Assembly (NCBI GenBank): GCA_965213685.1
Contig: CBDBZY010000029.1
Coordinates: 1 to 64,000 of the forward strand
From: a bacterium
GTDB taxonomy: Bacteria > UBA8248
Length of the DNA: 64,000 bases
Direction of reading: 5' to 3'
Shown: in pieces, positions 1 to 9,221 of the stretch
Position numbering within the stretch: the stretch's first letter is position 1
How the letters are laid out: every line of letters begins with the position of its first letter
The notes under the pieces: model-generated
The model's database searches: none
The model's input: the letters and a program-made list of their open reading frames with translations, nothing else
Told to the model about the DNA's origin: nothing
Translations under genes and position numbers: made by a program

Positions 1-760
1 GAAGTCCCTTGCGCGCATCGAGCAAGGCGATGTCCTGGGGCGTGCTCACGATGACGGCGCCCGCCAGGGAAACCTGCTGCACGATGGTCAGCTGCGCGTC
101 GCCGGTGCCGGGCGGCAAATCCAGAATGAGGTAGTCGAGCTCTCCCCAGATCGTCTCGCTCAGGAACTGCACGAGTGCCCGCATGACCATGGGGCCGCGC
201 CAGATGACGGGACTGTCCTCATCGACCAGAAACCCCATCGACATGACCTTGATGCCGTGCGCCTCCAGGGGGCGTATCTTGTTCTCGCCAACCGCCATGG
301 GCTGCGCCTTGGGGATGCCCAGCATCAGGGGCTGGCTCGGCCCGTAAATGTCGGCGTCCAGCACCCCCACCTTCGCGCCTTCCCCCCTCAGGGAAAGCGC
401 GATGTTGGCCGCCACGGTCGATTTGCCCACCCCGCCCTTTCCGCTGGCCACGGCCACGATGTTCTTGACCCCCTCGACGTCCATCTTGCCCGCCATGGAG
501 GGCCTGGCGGAGACGCGGCTCGTCACCCTGACGTTCACCGCATCCACGTTCGACAGGGCACCGACAGCCAGCTTGCACTCCTGCTCGAACTCCTCTTTTC
601 GGGGATGGGCGGGAGTGGTCAGCTCCAGCGTAAAGGCGACCGCACCCCCGCAAATCTGCACGTCCTTGATCATGTTGAGGCTCACGAGGTCCTTTCCGAC
701 CTCGGGGTCTCTCACGTTTTTCAGAGCCTCCAGAACCTGGGCTTCCGTCGCCTCCGCCAT
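1..760 (-). CDS. mrp: Mrp/ApbC (NBP35-family) Fe-S cluster carrier ATPase, runs off the window start
   Basis: Not in the ORF track because it is open at the edge. Manual translation from ATG 760: MAEATEAQVLEALKNVRDPEVGKDLV... with deviant Walker A ASGKGGVGKST, DADIYGPS, VIWRGPMV, DYLILDLPPGTGD and STPQDIAL motifs. Confidence 0.95.
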   Translation of the reverse strand, partial: MAEATEAQVLEALKNVRDPEVGKDLVSLNMIKDVQICGGAVAFTLELTTPAHPRKEEFEQECKLAVGALSNVDAVNVRVTSRVSARPSMAGKMDVEGVKNIVAVASGKGGVGKSTVAANIALSLRGEGAKVGVLDADIYGPSQPLMLGIPKAQPMAVGENKIRPLEAHGIKVMSMGFLVDEDSPVIWRGPMVMRALVQFLSETIWGELDYLILDLPPGTGDAQLTIVQQVSLAGAVIVSTPQDIALLDARKGL

Positions 761-953
761 CGCAGGAATCCTTGTAGTCAGAAACGGGAATAGTCCGAAA
801 CGGGAAATTCATTGGGAAAGGAAAACCGTCTGTCGCCAAGCGTTTTTCCAGCCGATTTCATCTTATCGCCCGGGGTTTTCCGATGTCAAACGCGAAAGCG
901 AGGCCCGCGTTTTCCGGATGCGCGCGAAATCGGCAGAAAATCGCATTCCCCGG

Positions 954-982
954 TTGACGCCTCGGCGCCGCCTGATTATTTT
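954..982 (+). promoter_or_regulatory. Putative sigma70 promoter for etfBA
   Basis: TTGACG-17 nt-TATTTT, about 95 nt upstream of the etfB start. Confidence 0.4.
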
Positions 983-1076
983 GAGGCCGTTGCGGATTCG
1001 GCGCGCACCCCAGCATCTCAAGCGGCCACGACGACAGGACGGCTGGAGCCGGCCAGAACCAGGGAGAATCGCCCTT

Positions 1077-1877
1077 TTGGACATCATCGTCTGCATCAAA
1101 CAGGTACAGGACCCGGACATTCCGCCCCGCGACTTCAAGGTCGACGAACAGAGGATGGACGTCATTCCGCCGGCGAACGTCTCGCCGGTCATCAACGGGT
1201 TTTGCGAGAACGCCGTCGAGGCCGCCATCAACCTCAAGGAGGCGCATGGCGGCAAGGTCACCGTCCTGACGATGGGCGACGAGAAGGCCAGGGACAGCCT
1301 GAAAAAATGTCTGGCGATGGGCTGCGACGAAGCCGTCCTGCTCCAGGACGAGGCTTTCGATGGCTCCGACGCCTTCGGGGTCGCGCGCATTCTGGCGGCC
1401 GCCATCCGGAAGCTGGATGGCTTCGACCTCATTCTCTGCGGCAGGCTGAGCAGCGACTGGAGCTACGGGGCCACCGCCCTCGCCCTCGCCGAGGCACTCG
1501 ACCTGCCCAGCGTGACCCAGCTGCAAAAGGTGGAGAGGACGGAGGCGGGCCTGCGGTGCGAACGCGCCCTCGAAGACGGCCTGGAGGTGGTGGAGGTCGA
1601 AACCGCGTGCCTGCTCACCGCCAGCAACGAGATCAACACGCCCCGCCTGCCCTCCGTCAGAGGCATACTGATGGCGTCGCGCAAGCAAATCCCCGTCTGG
1701 GGCGCCGAGGATATCGGGATAGACCGCAGCCTGGTCGGAAAAGAGGCGGCCACCTTTGAAGTCACCAGGCTCTACCAGCCCGTGTTTGATGGAAACTGCG
1801 AATTCATCGAGGGCGAATCACTCGAAGAGGCGGCCGGTGCCCTGGCGCTTCGCCTGCGCGAAGACAAGATTATCTAG
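1077..1877 (+). CDS. etfB: Electron transfer flavoprotein beta subunit (FixA family)
   Basis: C-terminal part of ORF 348..1877. TTG start after AGGGAG; DIIVCIKQV, INGFCENAVEAA, LAMGCDEA, DLILCG and PRLPSVRGI motifs. Confidence 0.93.
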   Translation: MDIIVCIKQVQDPDIPPRDFKVDEQRMDVIPPANVSPVINGFCENAVEAAINLKEAHGGKVTVLTMGDEKARDSLKKCLAMGCDEAVLLQDEAFDGSDAFGVARILAAAIRKLDGFDLILCGRLSSDWSYGATALALAEALDLPSVTQLQKVERTEAGLRCERALEDGLEVVEVETACLLTASNEINTPRLPSVRGILMASRKQIPVWGAEDIGIDRSLVGKEAATFEVTRLYQPVFDGNCEFIEGESLEEAAGALALRLREDKII

Positions 1878-1903
1878 GTATTGAGGGGAGAAAGAACAAC
1901 GCC

Positions 1904-2896
1904 ATGTCGAACAACGTTCTCATTCTGGCCGAGCGCGCGGGGGAGAAGCTGGCGCTCGTGAGCAGCGAGCTTTGCGGAATCGGACGAAAGCTCGCCGATG
2001 AAAGCGGGGGCGCCCTGGTGGCGCTTCTCCTCGGCGGCTCCGGTACCCGGGAATTGTCGAAAGGACTCATCGCCCTGGGAGCCGACAAGGTGCTGGCGGC
2101 CGAATCGGAGGTTCTGGAGGGCTACACGAACGCGGCGTATCTCCGGGTCATCGACGCGGCCGTTCGCGAGGAGCGCCCGACCATCTTTCTGGTCGCCAAC
2201 ACCTCCACGGGGCGGGACGTCGCGCCGAGGCTCGCCTTTCGGCACGGCGCCAGCTACGCGCACGACTGCACGGATCTGGCGCTCGAGGAGGGCAAGCTCG
2301 CCGCCGTCCGGCCGGTTCACGGGGGCAGCGCCATCAGCCACGTCCGCTCCAAAACGGACTCTCTCTCCATCGCCTCCACGCGCCCGAAAGCCTTGCCGCA
2401 GGCGGACGTGCAGGAGGGCCGCGAGGGGGAGTTCGTCGAAATCGCCGTTTCGGTGGAGGCTGATGAGATTCGGATGCATTTCGTGGAGGCCAGAAAAGTG
2501 GAGGCCGAGGGCGTCCGCCTGGAAGATGCGGAAATCGTCGTGAGCGGCGGCCGCGGACTGGGCGGCCCGGAGAATTTTGCGTATCTGCAGGAACTCGCCA
2601 GGGTGCTCAAGGCGGCCGTGGGCGCGAGCCGCGCCGCCGTGGACGCCGGCTGGGTGCCGACGCCCATGCAGGTGGGCCAGACGGGCAAGATCGTGAGCCC
2701 GAATCTCTACATCGCCGTCGGCATCTCCGGAGCCATGCAGCATATGGTGGGCGCCGGGCCGAGCAAAAACATCGTGGCCATCAACACGGACGCCGAAGCG
2801 CCCATCTTCCAGCGCGCGCGCTACGGCATCGTGGGGGACTACAAAAAGGTCATTCCCGCACTGACGGAGAAATGCAGGGAGTTGATGGACTCCTAG
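1904..2896 (+). CDS. etfA: Electron transfer flavoprotein alpha subunit (FixB family)
   Basis: [39 protein letters not shown] and AINTD motifs; directly follows etfB. Confidence 0.95.
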   Translation: MSNNVLILAERAGEKLALVSSELCGIGRKLADESGGALVALLLGGSGTRELSKGLIALGADKVLAAESEVLEGYTNAAYLRVIDAAVREERPTIFLVANTSTGRDVAPRLAFRHGASYAHDCTDLALEEGKLAAVRPVHGGSAISHVRSKTDSLSIASTRPKALPQADVQEGREGEFVEIAVSVEADEIRMHFVEARKVEAEGVRLEDAEIVVSGGRGLGGPENFAYLQELARVLKAAVGASRAAVDAGWVPTPMQVGQTGKIVSPNLYIAVGISGAMQHMVGAGPSKNIVAINTDAEAPIFQRARYGIVGDYKKVIPALTEKCRELMDS

Positions 2897-2899
2897 CCT

Positions 2900-3553
2900 T
2901 CAGGCAAGCGGCTGATAGGCCCAGACGACGCGGCCCACAATTCTGTCGGAAGGATCCTCCGCATCCAGATCGATGTGCGCGACCGCCTCCTCGCGATTCT
3001 CCGGCACCAGCCACAGGCGAGGCGGCGTCCACTGCAACCGCTTGAGCGTGCAGCCGCCGGATTCGTCGCGGACCGCGTAAATGCCGTCCGGGACGATCCG
3101 CTTGTCGCGGCGATCGATGACGACCACGGCGCCCGGCTGTATCAAGGGAATCATGCTCTGTCCCATTTCCCTGTCCACGCGGACGGAGACCAAATCCCCG
3201 CGCCCGGCGATCTGGGAAACGTGGATGAGCGCGTATTCCTCGATTGCCTCGTCCACGATTCTGGCACTACCCGCCGCGATGGAGCCCGCCACGAGGGGCA
3301 CGGCGCGAAATTCCGCATCATTCACCTTGCCCAGCGTCTGCAGGTTATCGCTTCGGCTCAGGACGACGCTCAAAGGGCCGGCACCCGGCATCTCCCGGGC
3401 CTCGGTTCGCCCCAACAGCCAGTCGGCGGGCACCCCGAGCACTTCCGCCACCCTCAGAAGCTTGCTTGCGCTCGGTTCGTTTTCTCCCCGCTCATACCGA
3501 GTAAGATTCGCCCAGGTAACGCCCGCGGCGCGCGCGAGTTGATTGCGGTTCAT
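2900..3553 (-). CDS. XRE-HTH plus S24 peptidase (CI/LexA-like) repressor; true start probably ATG 3647, out of frame across a G11 run
   Basis: HTH_3-like QLARAAGVTWANLTRYERGENEP, Ala-Gly cleavage site IAAG, catalytic Ser (GQSM) and Lys (TLKRL), C-terminal IVGRVVW. Confidence 0.88.
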   Translation of the reverse strand: MNRNQLARAAGVTWANLTRYERGENEPSASKLLRVAEVLGVPADWLLGRTEAREMPGAGPLSVVLSRSDNLQTLGKVNDAEFRAVPLVAGSIAAGSARIVDEAIEEYALIHVSQIAGRGDLVSVRVDREMGQSMIPLIQPGAVVVIDRRDKRIVPDGIYAVRDESGGCTLKRLQWTPPRLWLVPENREEAVAHIDLDAEDPSDRIVGRVVWAYQPLA

Positions 3554-3798
3554 GCCTTTTCCCTCGCGCGCGCGCGCGATGCGGCGGCCCAGTTCGCGGG
3601 CATACTCGGAGCGTGGTTTGTGGGGGGGGGGGAGGCTTCTTGGCCATAGGCTTTTTACGGGGGTTGGAAAAGCCGCTCCCTCGGGGCGGATAGCGCCGGC
3701 ATGCGATTCCTCTACCGTAGCATTTTCATCGCGTACCGCAAAGGCTGTGTCCCCCCGCTCCGAGGGGCCGCAAGGCCCCCCGGGGGGAGGGGCGCGGC

Positions 3799-4488
3799 CT
3801 AATCGTCCAGAACGGCCACGGCGCGAACGGGACTCCCCGTCCCCTCACGGAACTTCAGGGGCAGGGAAATAAACTGGAACTCCCCCTTGCCCAGCAGCGC
3901 CTCCAGATTGCACAGGCTTTCCAGGTGGGTAATCCCCCTCTCCCAGCAGGCCTTGTGCACCAGGGAATTGACGTCTCCCTCCGGCCCGGGGCGCATGGAG
4001 TCGATGCCGAAATGGACGATTCCCTGATCCGCGAGCCATTCGGTGGCCTCCACGTTGACCCCCGGATTGTCCGTCCCATACGCCTTGGTCGGGAAGGTGC
4101 GGGCATGGTGCCCCGTGCACAGCAGAATCGTGCCGCCCTCGGGAATCGAGAGCCCCGTTTGCCGCACCGCCGCGTCCAGCTCGTTCGCGCTGATCTCCGC
4201 CCGGGGCTCGATGTGCCGCAAGTCGACGCAGATGCCGCGAACGATGCAGTTCTCGAGCGGATACTCGTTCATCGGGGTGGCGTCTTTGTGAAAATGACGC
4301 GGGGCGTCGAGGTGCGTGGTGCCGTGCTCGGGCATGGTGACGAAGTTCAGGGCGTTTCCCCAGACGTTGCCCGAGTCCCGGAAAGCCTCCTCGTGGTTTT
4401 TCCACTCGGCGTACAGGATGGGGGGCTGGCCCGGGTATGCGGGCGTGCGGTGATAGATCTCCCGCGCGAGGTCCACAATCGTAGGCAT
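3799..4488 (-). CDS. Cyclase-family (kynurenine formamidase-like) metal-dependent hydrolase
   Basis: EHGTTHLDAPRHF metal motif, GIDS, HLESLCNL and PLKFREGTGSPVRAVA motifs. Confidence 0.9.
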   Translation of the reverse strand: MPTIVDLAREIYHRTPAYPGQPPILYAEWKNHEEAFRDSGNVWGNALNFVTMPEHGTTHLDAPRHFHKDATPMNEYPLENCIVRGICVDLRHIEPRAEISANELDAAVRQTGLSIPEGGTILLCTGHHARTFPTKAYGTDNPGVNVEATEWLADQGIVHFGIDSMRPGPEGDVNSLVHKACWERGITHLESLCNLEALLGKGEFQFISLPLKFREGTGSPVRAVAVLDD

Positions 4489-4530
4489 CGAATTTTTCTC
4501 CTTTTTTGACCTTTGACCTTTTTGAACTAA

Positions 4531-5775
4531 TTAAACGGTGCAGCGCAGTATGTGCAGGCCATGGTTTTTGTCCGTCACATAAATGACCCCGCGCCTGTCC
4601 ACGATGACGTCCTCGCTCTGGGTGACAAGCGTCTTGGGCAACATCCCGAGCCGTCTCGTCGGGTCCGCCGGAATGTAGTGCGCAATCTCTCTGGGATGAA
4701 TCGGCTCGGAAACGTCATAGACGCGAAGGCCCGCGTTAAAATACGTCAGATACACGCGGTCCACCCTTTGCTCCAGACACGCGAGCCCCTGGGCGTGGTG
4801 CTGGTTGTGCGGCCCGAATCGCCCGCCGCGCTCGCAAAAACTTTTGTGGGAATATCCGGGAGGCGGCTCGGGAACCGGAAAGAGCGCCATGAGCCTGGGG
4901 GCGGTTTCGTCCTCGATGTCGATGATGGCCGTATAGTTGAGCGGCTCGTCGCAATTCTCCTTGAGCGCCTCGCTGTTGATGATGGCGAATCCCCGTTCGA
5001 GATAGGGATACGCCGTGTGCACGGCAATCGCGCTGCCCAGCGGCGGATAGACGTTGAAGCGGCTGATGAGCCTGGGGCTGGAAATGTCCTCTATATCCGC
5101 GATGACGAACCCGCCGCGCGCATACGGCAGATACGCCCTCCCGTTCTCCGCGTGCGCGGGTCCATGCTGGAACACGCGCATCCCCTCGCTCCAGTCGCCC
5201 TCGGCGGCGCCGGCATCGCCTCCCTCCTGCTCGGGCAGCCAGAAACGGCCCGCCTCCTTCGGGTTGCGGGGGTCGGCCATATCCAGAATGCGGTAGATGT
5301 TCCCCTCATAGCCCGGCGCGTATGCGGACAGATGGGCGTAGCGGCCCCCGTTGTAAAAATTCCTGTGCGTCCCGTCGGCTCCCGTCTCCCAGTGCGAGAG
5401 CAGCTCCGGCTCGGCGGGGTCCTTCCCCACATCCCAGATGTAGACGCCCTCGGCTTCCGGCGGGTCGTCGGGCCTTGGGCCCCAGCCCCGGGGAATTTTT
5501 TCCAAAGAGGTGATGAGCAGGCCATCCGCCACCTGCACCTGCAGCGTCCAGGTGTTGTCGGGGCCTTCGATAAACCGGAGGAGCTTCGGGTCCTCCGGTT
5601 CCGTTACGTCCAGAACGCTCCAGCCGCTCACCCAGAAATGCGAGAGATACAAATAAAAGCGCCCGTCCACCTCCTGGATGGCCGTCTTGAAGGCGGGCCG
5701 ATCCGCCAGATCGTGGTAGCCGAGCATCTCCATGTTTTGGGTGCTGATCGCCCCAGGCGCCTGCGCAAGACCCAT
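4531..5775 (-). CDS. LVIVD-repeat beta-propeller protein of unknown function
   Basis: Repeated beta-blade motifs WSVLDVTEPEDP, YIWDVGKDPAEP, RILDMADPRNP, VIADIEDISSP, RVYDVSEPIHP; conserved RFGPHN and YFNAGLR. Confidence 0.8.
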   Translation of the reverse strand: MGLAQAPGAISTQNMEMLGYHDLADRPAFKTAIQEVDGRFYLYLSHFWVSGWSVLDVTEPEDPKLLRFIEGPDNTWTLQVQVADGLLITSLEKIPRGWGPRPDDPPEAEGVYIWDVGKDPAEPELLSHWETGADGTHRNFYNGGRYAHLSAYAPGYEGNIYRILDMADPRNPKEAGRFWLPEQEGGDAGAAEGDWSEGMRVFQHGPAHAENGRAYLPYARGGFVIADIEDISSPRLISRFNVYPPLGSAIAVHTAYPYLERGFAIINSEALKENCDEPLNYTAIIDIEDETAPRLMALFPVPEPPPGYSHKSFCERGGRFGPHNQHHAQGLACLEQRVDRVYLTYFNAGLRVYDVSEPIHPREIAHYIPADPTRRLGMLPKTLVTQSEDVIVDRRGVIYVTDKNHGLHILRCTV

Positions 5776-6104
5776 CGCATCCTCACGGAGCCCGCCGCCC
5801 CCCTTTGGCGCCTCGCCAAGGGGGGGAGCAGCGAAAATTTTCGCGAACGAAGTCCGAACCCCGCATTATGTACCCCAGGAAGGTCCGGCGGTAAAGCTCC
5901 CCGACGGATTTGCGGCATCGACTCCGAAAGGCGCAGAAGGATTCTCCCAAAAGGTGATACCATGTGCCGGAGACGCCCCGCCCGCGCAACGCCTCCGCGC
6001 GGAACCCGCAGACGCCCGGGACAAGCCGCCGCATCGCGCGCCGCGCAGGAGAGGGTGCGGCAGGGGGCATGATGCGCTTCGCAAAAACTTCGGACGGAGA
6101 AGAA

Positions 6105-6869
6105 ATGACCTCGCCCGGCGTGGATCTAAGCGGCAAGAAAGCCTGCGTCACGGGCGGCGGCCAGGGACTCGGCGCCTCGATGGCCCTCGCCCTAGCGGAG
6201 GCGGGGGCGGACGTCGTTCTCATCGGCCGACGCCCGGAGCCGATGGTGGAGGTCGCCAGAGAATGCGAGAAATTCGGCGTTCAGGCCAGACCCGCCGTCT
6301 GCGACGTCACGGATTCGGCGCGGGTGAACGCCCTCTTCGCGCAAGTCCACAAGGAGATCGGCGGCCCGCACGTTCTCGTCAACAGCGCGGGGGCCTCCCT
6401 CCCCAGCCCGATTCTCGAGACGACGGACCGGATTTGGCGCGACACCATCAACCTGAACCTGAGCGGCGCGTTTTATTGCTGCCGCGCAGCAGTCCGCTTC
6501 ATGCTCGAGGCGGGAGAGGGGAAAATCATCAATCTCGGATCGAGTGCCGGCAGCCGGGGCCGCCCCCACCAGGCGGCCTATGCGGCGTCGAAATCAGGAG
6601 TCGCAGGCTTGACGAAGGCACTCGCCGTCGAGCTTGCCGAGAGAAACATCCAGGTGAACTGCATCGCGCCGGGCCGCTTTCATACGCCGATGACGGCCGA
6701 GCGCATCGCCGACCCCGCGCAGAGCGAGGCGTTCCTCCGCTTCGTTCCCATGCACCGCTATGGTGCCCCGGAGGAAATACGGGCGTTGACCGTCTATCTC
6801 GCCAGTCATCAAAGCGACTACATGACGGGGCAGACGATATATCTGGACGGCGGCGGCAGCGCGCTCTAG
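6105..6869 (+). CDS. Short-chain dehydrogenase/reductase (classical SDR)
   Basis: TGGGQGLG, NSAG, YAASK and VNCIAPG motifs; ATG 6105 follows GGAGA. Confidence 0.92.
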   Translation: MTSPGVDLSGKKACVTGGGQGLGASMALALAEAGADVVLIGRRPEPMVEVARECEKFGVQARPAVCDVTDSARVNALFAQVHKEIGGPHVLVNSAGASLPSPILETTDRIWRDTINLNLSGAFYCCRAAVRFMLEAGEGKIINLGSSAGSRGRPHQAAYAASKSGVAGLTKALAVELAERNIQVNCIAPGRFHTPMTAERIADPAQSEAFLRFVPMHRYGAPEEIRALTVYLASHQSDYMTGQTIYLDGGGSAL

Positions 6870-7660
6870 GGCCTGACCGCCTCGCAGCGCCCGCCGTCCA
6901 CGTTGATGGATTCGCCGGTGATGTTCGAGGCCAGGTCGGAGACCAGAAACAACGCCGCATTGGCGCAATCCTCGGCCCGCGTGAGACGCCCCATCGGCAA
7001 TTCGGCGCGCCTCTCCGCATCCACCTCCTCATAGGTGCGATTCGTCAACTCCGCGATTCTCCTTGTCTGCCTGACATACCTCGGGGTGTCCGTCGTGCCG
7101 GGATTGACGAGGTTCACCCGGATGTTCTCCGGGGCCAGCCTTCGGGCGAGTTGATGCTTATACGCGGACAGGCCGGCGTTCGGTATGCAACCGGAGCCAT
7201 GATACTCCGAGGTGTGCACATGGCTCAGGCCCGAGAAATAGACGATGCTCCCCCCGCCCCGCTTCCTGATGCGCGGAATCGCAGCCCTCGTCAAACGGAT
7301 GCTGGCGCGAAGCTTCAGGTCGATGGCGAGGTCAATGTCCTCATCCGTCGTCTCTATCGGGTCGGAGCGCCTGCTCACGCCCGCGGCGTTTATCAGGAAA
7401 TCGACGCCCCCCAGGCGGGCGCAGGCCTCCTCGACGACGCGCTCCGTCTGACCCGCCGCGGTGAGATCGCCCGCCATCGCCTCCGCGACTCCACCGGCGG
7501 CGACAATGCCTGAGGCCGTCCTCCGCAAATTCTCCTCGTTGCGGGCGGCGAGTGCGACGGATGCGCCGGCGCGCGCCAGCACCCGGGCGCACGCTTGCCC
7601 GATCCCCTGGCTCGCACCCGTGACCAGGGCGACTTTTCCGCTCAAATCTATGGTGATCAT
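6866..7660 (-). CDS. SDR-family oxidoreductase lacking the canonical YxxxK
   Basis: TGASQGIG, NAAG, VNLVNPG and ITGESINVDGG motifs; the catalytic segment reads GCIPN. Confidence 0.88.
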   Translation of the reverse strand: MITIDLSGKVALVTGASQGIGQACARVLARAGASVALAARNEENLRRTASGIVAAGGVAEAMAGDLTAAGQTERVVEEACARLGGVDFLINAAGVSRRSDPIETTDEDIDLAIDLKLRASIRLTRAAIPRIRKRGGGSIVYFSGLSHVHTSEYHGSGCIPNAGLSAYKHQLARRLAPENIRVNLVNPGTTDTPRYVRQTRRIAELTNRTYEEVDAERRAELPMGRLTRAEDCANAALFLVSDLASNITGESINVDGGRCEAVRP

Positions 7661-7893
7661 CCCCTCTCCTTCCCGATGGCCGACATGCTCCCACGCGCAC
7701 CCCGCCCCGATCCTTCAGGGCGCGCGACCCATACCCCAAGGGAAGCGGGGCGACCCATCCCCCATCGCGCGGGGCACAAAAGCAAAAGCCTCTCGCCGCA
7801 CGCCCGGCCTCGCGCCCGGGGGCGCTGGATTTTCCGCACGATTTTTCTTATACCATTCTTGTTTCTCGACAACATTCCCAGGGGCAACTCTCG

Positions 7894-9138
7894 ATGAGAA
7901 AAAAAAGCGTATCGGATGTGAACGCGCAAGGTAAGCGCGTGCTGATGCGGGTGGACTTCAACGTGCCCCAGGACAAGGGCGGCCGCATCGTCGACGACCG
8001 CAGAATCCGCATGGCGCTTCCCACCATCCGCCACATACTGGATGGCGGCGGCCGTCTCATTCTCATCAGCCACCTGGGACGCCCGAGAGGAGAAAACCCC
8101 TCGGCCGACGGCAAATGGACGCTCCGACCCGTCGCTAGGCGCCTGGAGGAGCTGCTCGGCAGGGAGGTCGCCTTCGCGGAGAACTGCGCGGGGCCCGCAG
8201 CGGAGGGCGCGGCGGCCGCTCTCGCCGACGGGGAATGCTGCCTCCTCGAAAATTTGCGCTTTCACAAGGCCGAGCAAATCAAGGACGCTGCGGCCTCGCA
8301 GGACGAGGCGCAAAGGCGGAGGAAGGACGCTTTTGCGCACGGGCTCGCATCCCTGGCCGACATGTACGTGAACGACGCCTTCGGCACCTGTCACCGCGAC
8401 AACGCGAGCATGGTCACCGTGCCCGGGATGATGGCGGGCAAGCCCCGCGTCGCAGGATTTCTGCTGGCGAAGGAGTTGCGATACCTGGGCGGTGCGCTGA
8501 GCGCACCCAAACGGCCCTTCGTCGCCATCATCGGGGGAAAGAAGGTGTCCGACAAGATGATGGCGATCGAGGCCCTACTGGGCAAATGCGACGAGGTGCT
8601 CATCGGCGGGGCCATGGTCTTCACGTTCATGCGGGCGAACGGCCGGGGCACCGGCACAAGCCTCGTGGAGGAGGACAAGCTCGACGCGGCCCGGCGCCTG
8701 CAGGCGGTCGCGGGCGACAGGCTGGTTCTGCCCCGGGACGTCGTCGCCGCGCGCGCCCTCGAGGAGGGGGCGGAATTCGAGGTTTTCCGGGGGGACATTC
8801 CCCAAGGCCGGATGGGTCTCGACATCGGCCCGGAATCGAGGCGCCAATTCTCGCAAGTGATCTCGGATGCAAAAACCATCGTGTGGAACGGCCCCATGGG
8901 CGTCTTCGAGGTCCCGCCATTCGGCGCCGGCACCTTCTCCATCGCGGAAGCCATCGCGCGCGCGACGAGAAACGGCGCCACGACCGTCATCGGCGGCGGC
9001 GACAGCGCGGCGGCCATCGAGATGGCAGGGCTGAGCGGGGAGGTGAGCCATGTGAGCACGGGCGGCGGGGCGAGCCTCGAGTTCATGGAGGGGAAATCGT
9101 TTCGCGCCGTCGAAATCCTGGATGATTCTGATTTGTAG
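7894..9138 (+). CDS. pgk: Phosphoglycerate kinase
   Basis: RVDFNVP, SHLGRP, LLENLRFH, VNDAFGTCHR, WNGPMGVFE, GGGDS and HVSTGGGASLE motifs. Confidence 0.98.
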   Translation: MRKKSVSDVNAQGKRVLMRVDFNVPQDKGGRIVDDRRIRMALPTIRHILDGGGRLILISHLGRPRGENPSADGKWTLRPVARRLEELLGREVAFAENCAGPAAEGAAAALADGECCLLENLRFHKAEQIKDAAASQDEAQRRRKDAFAHGLASLADMYVNDAFGTCHRDNASMVTVPGMMAGKPRVAGFLLAKELRYLGGALSAPKRPFVAIIGGKKVSDKMMAIEALLGKCDEVLIGGAMVFTFMRANGRGTGTSLVEEDKLDAARRLQAVAGDRLVLPRDVVAARALEEGAEFEVFRGDIPQGRMGLDIGPESRRQFSQVISDAKTIVWNGPMGVFEVPPFGAGTFSIAEAIARATRNGATTVIGGGDSAAAIEMAGLSGEVSHVSTGGGASLEFMEGKSFRAVEILDDSDL

Positions 9139-9221
9139 ACGCCTCCTCCCGAGGTGTCGCATAATCACTTCGCCGGCGCGAGGATTCCCCGTCCCTGGTC
9201 CGCCTGCGAGAAGGGAGCCGC

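Noticed and set aside
348-1076. N-terminal extension of EtfB in the 509-aa ORF
   Set aside because: It overlaps mrp on the opposite strand; the real start is TTG 1077 with an RBS. Similar over-extended starts were trimmed for msrP, larE, larB, folK, rex, HU and others.
2900-3800. Prophage immunity region
   Set aside because: No divergent cro, integrase, replication or structural genes; the flanks are etfA and a metabolic hydrolase.
4503-4528. Short tandem TTTGACC/TTTGAAC repeats between the LVIVD and cyclase genes
   Set aside because: Only three 7-8 nt units in an RBS-containing spacer; too short to assign a function.
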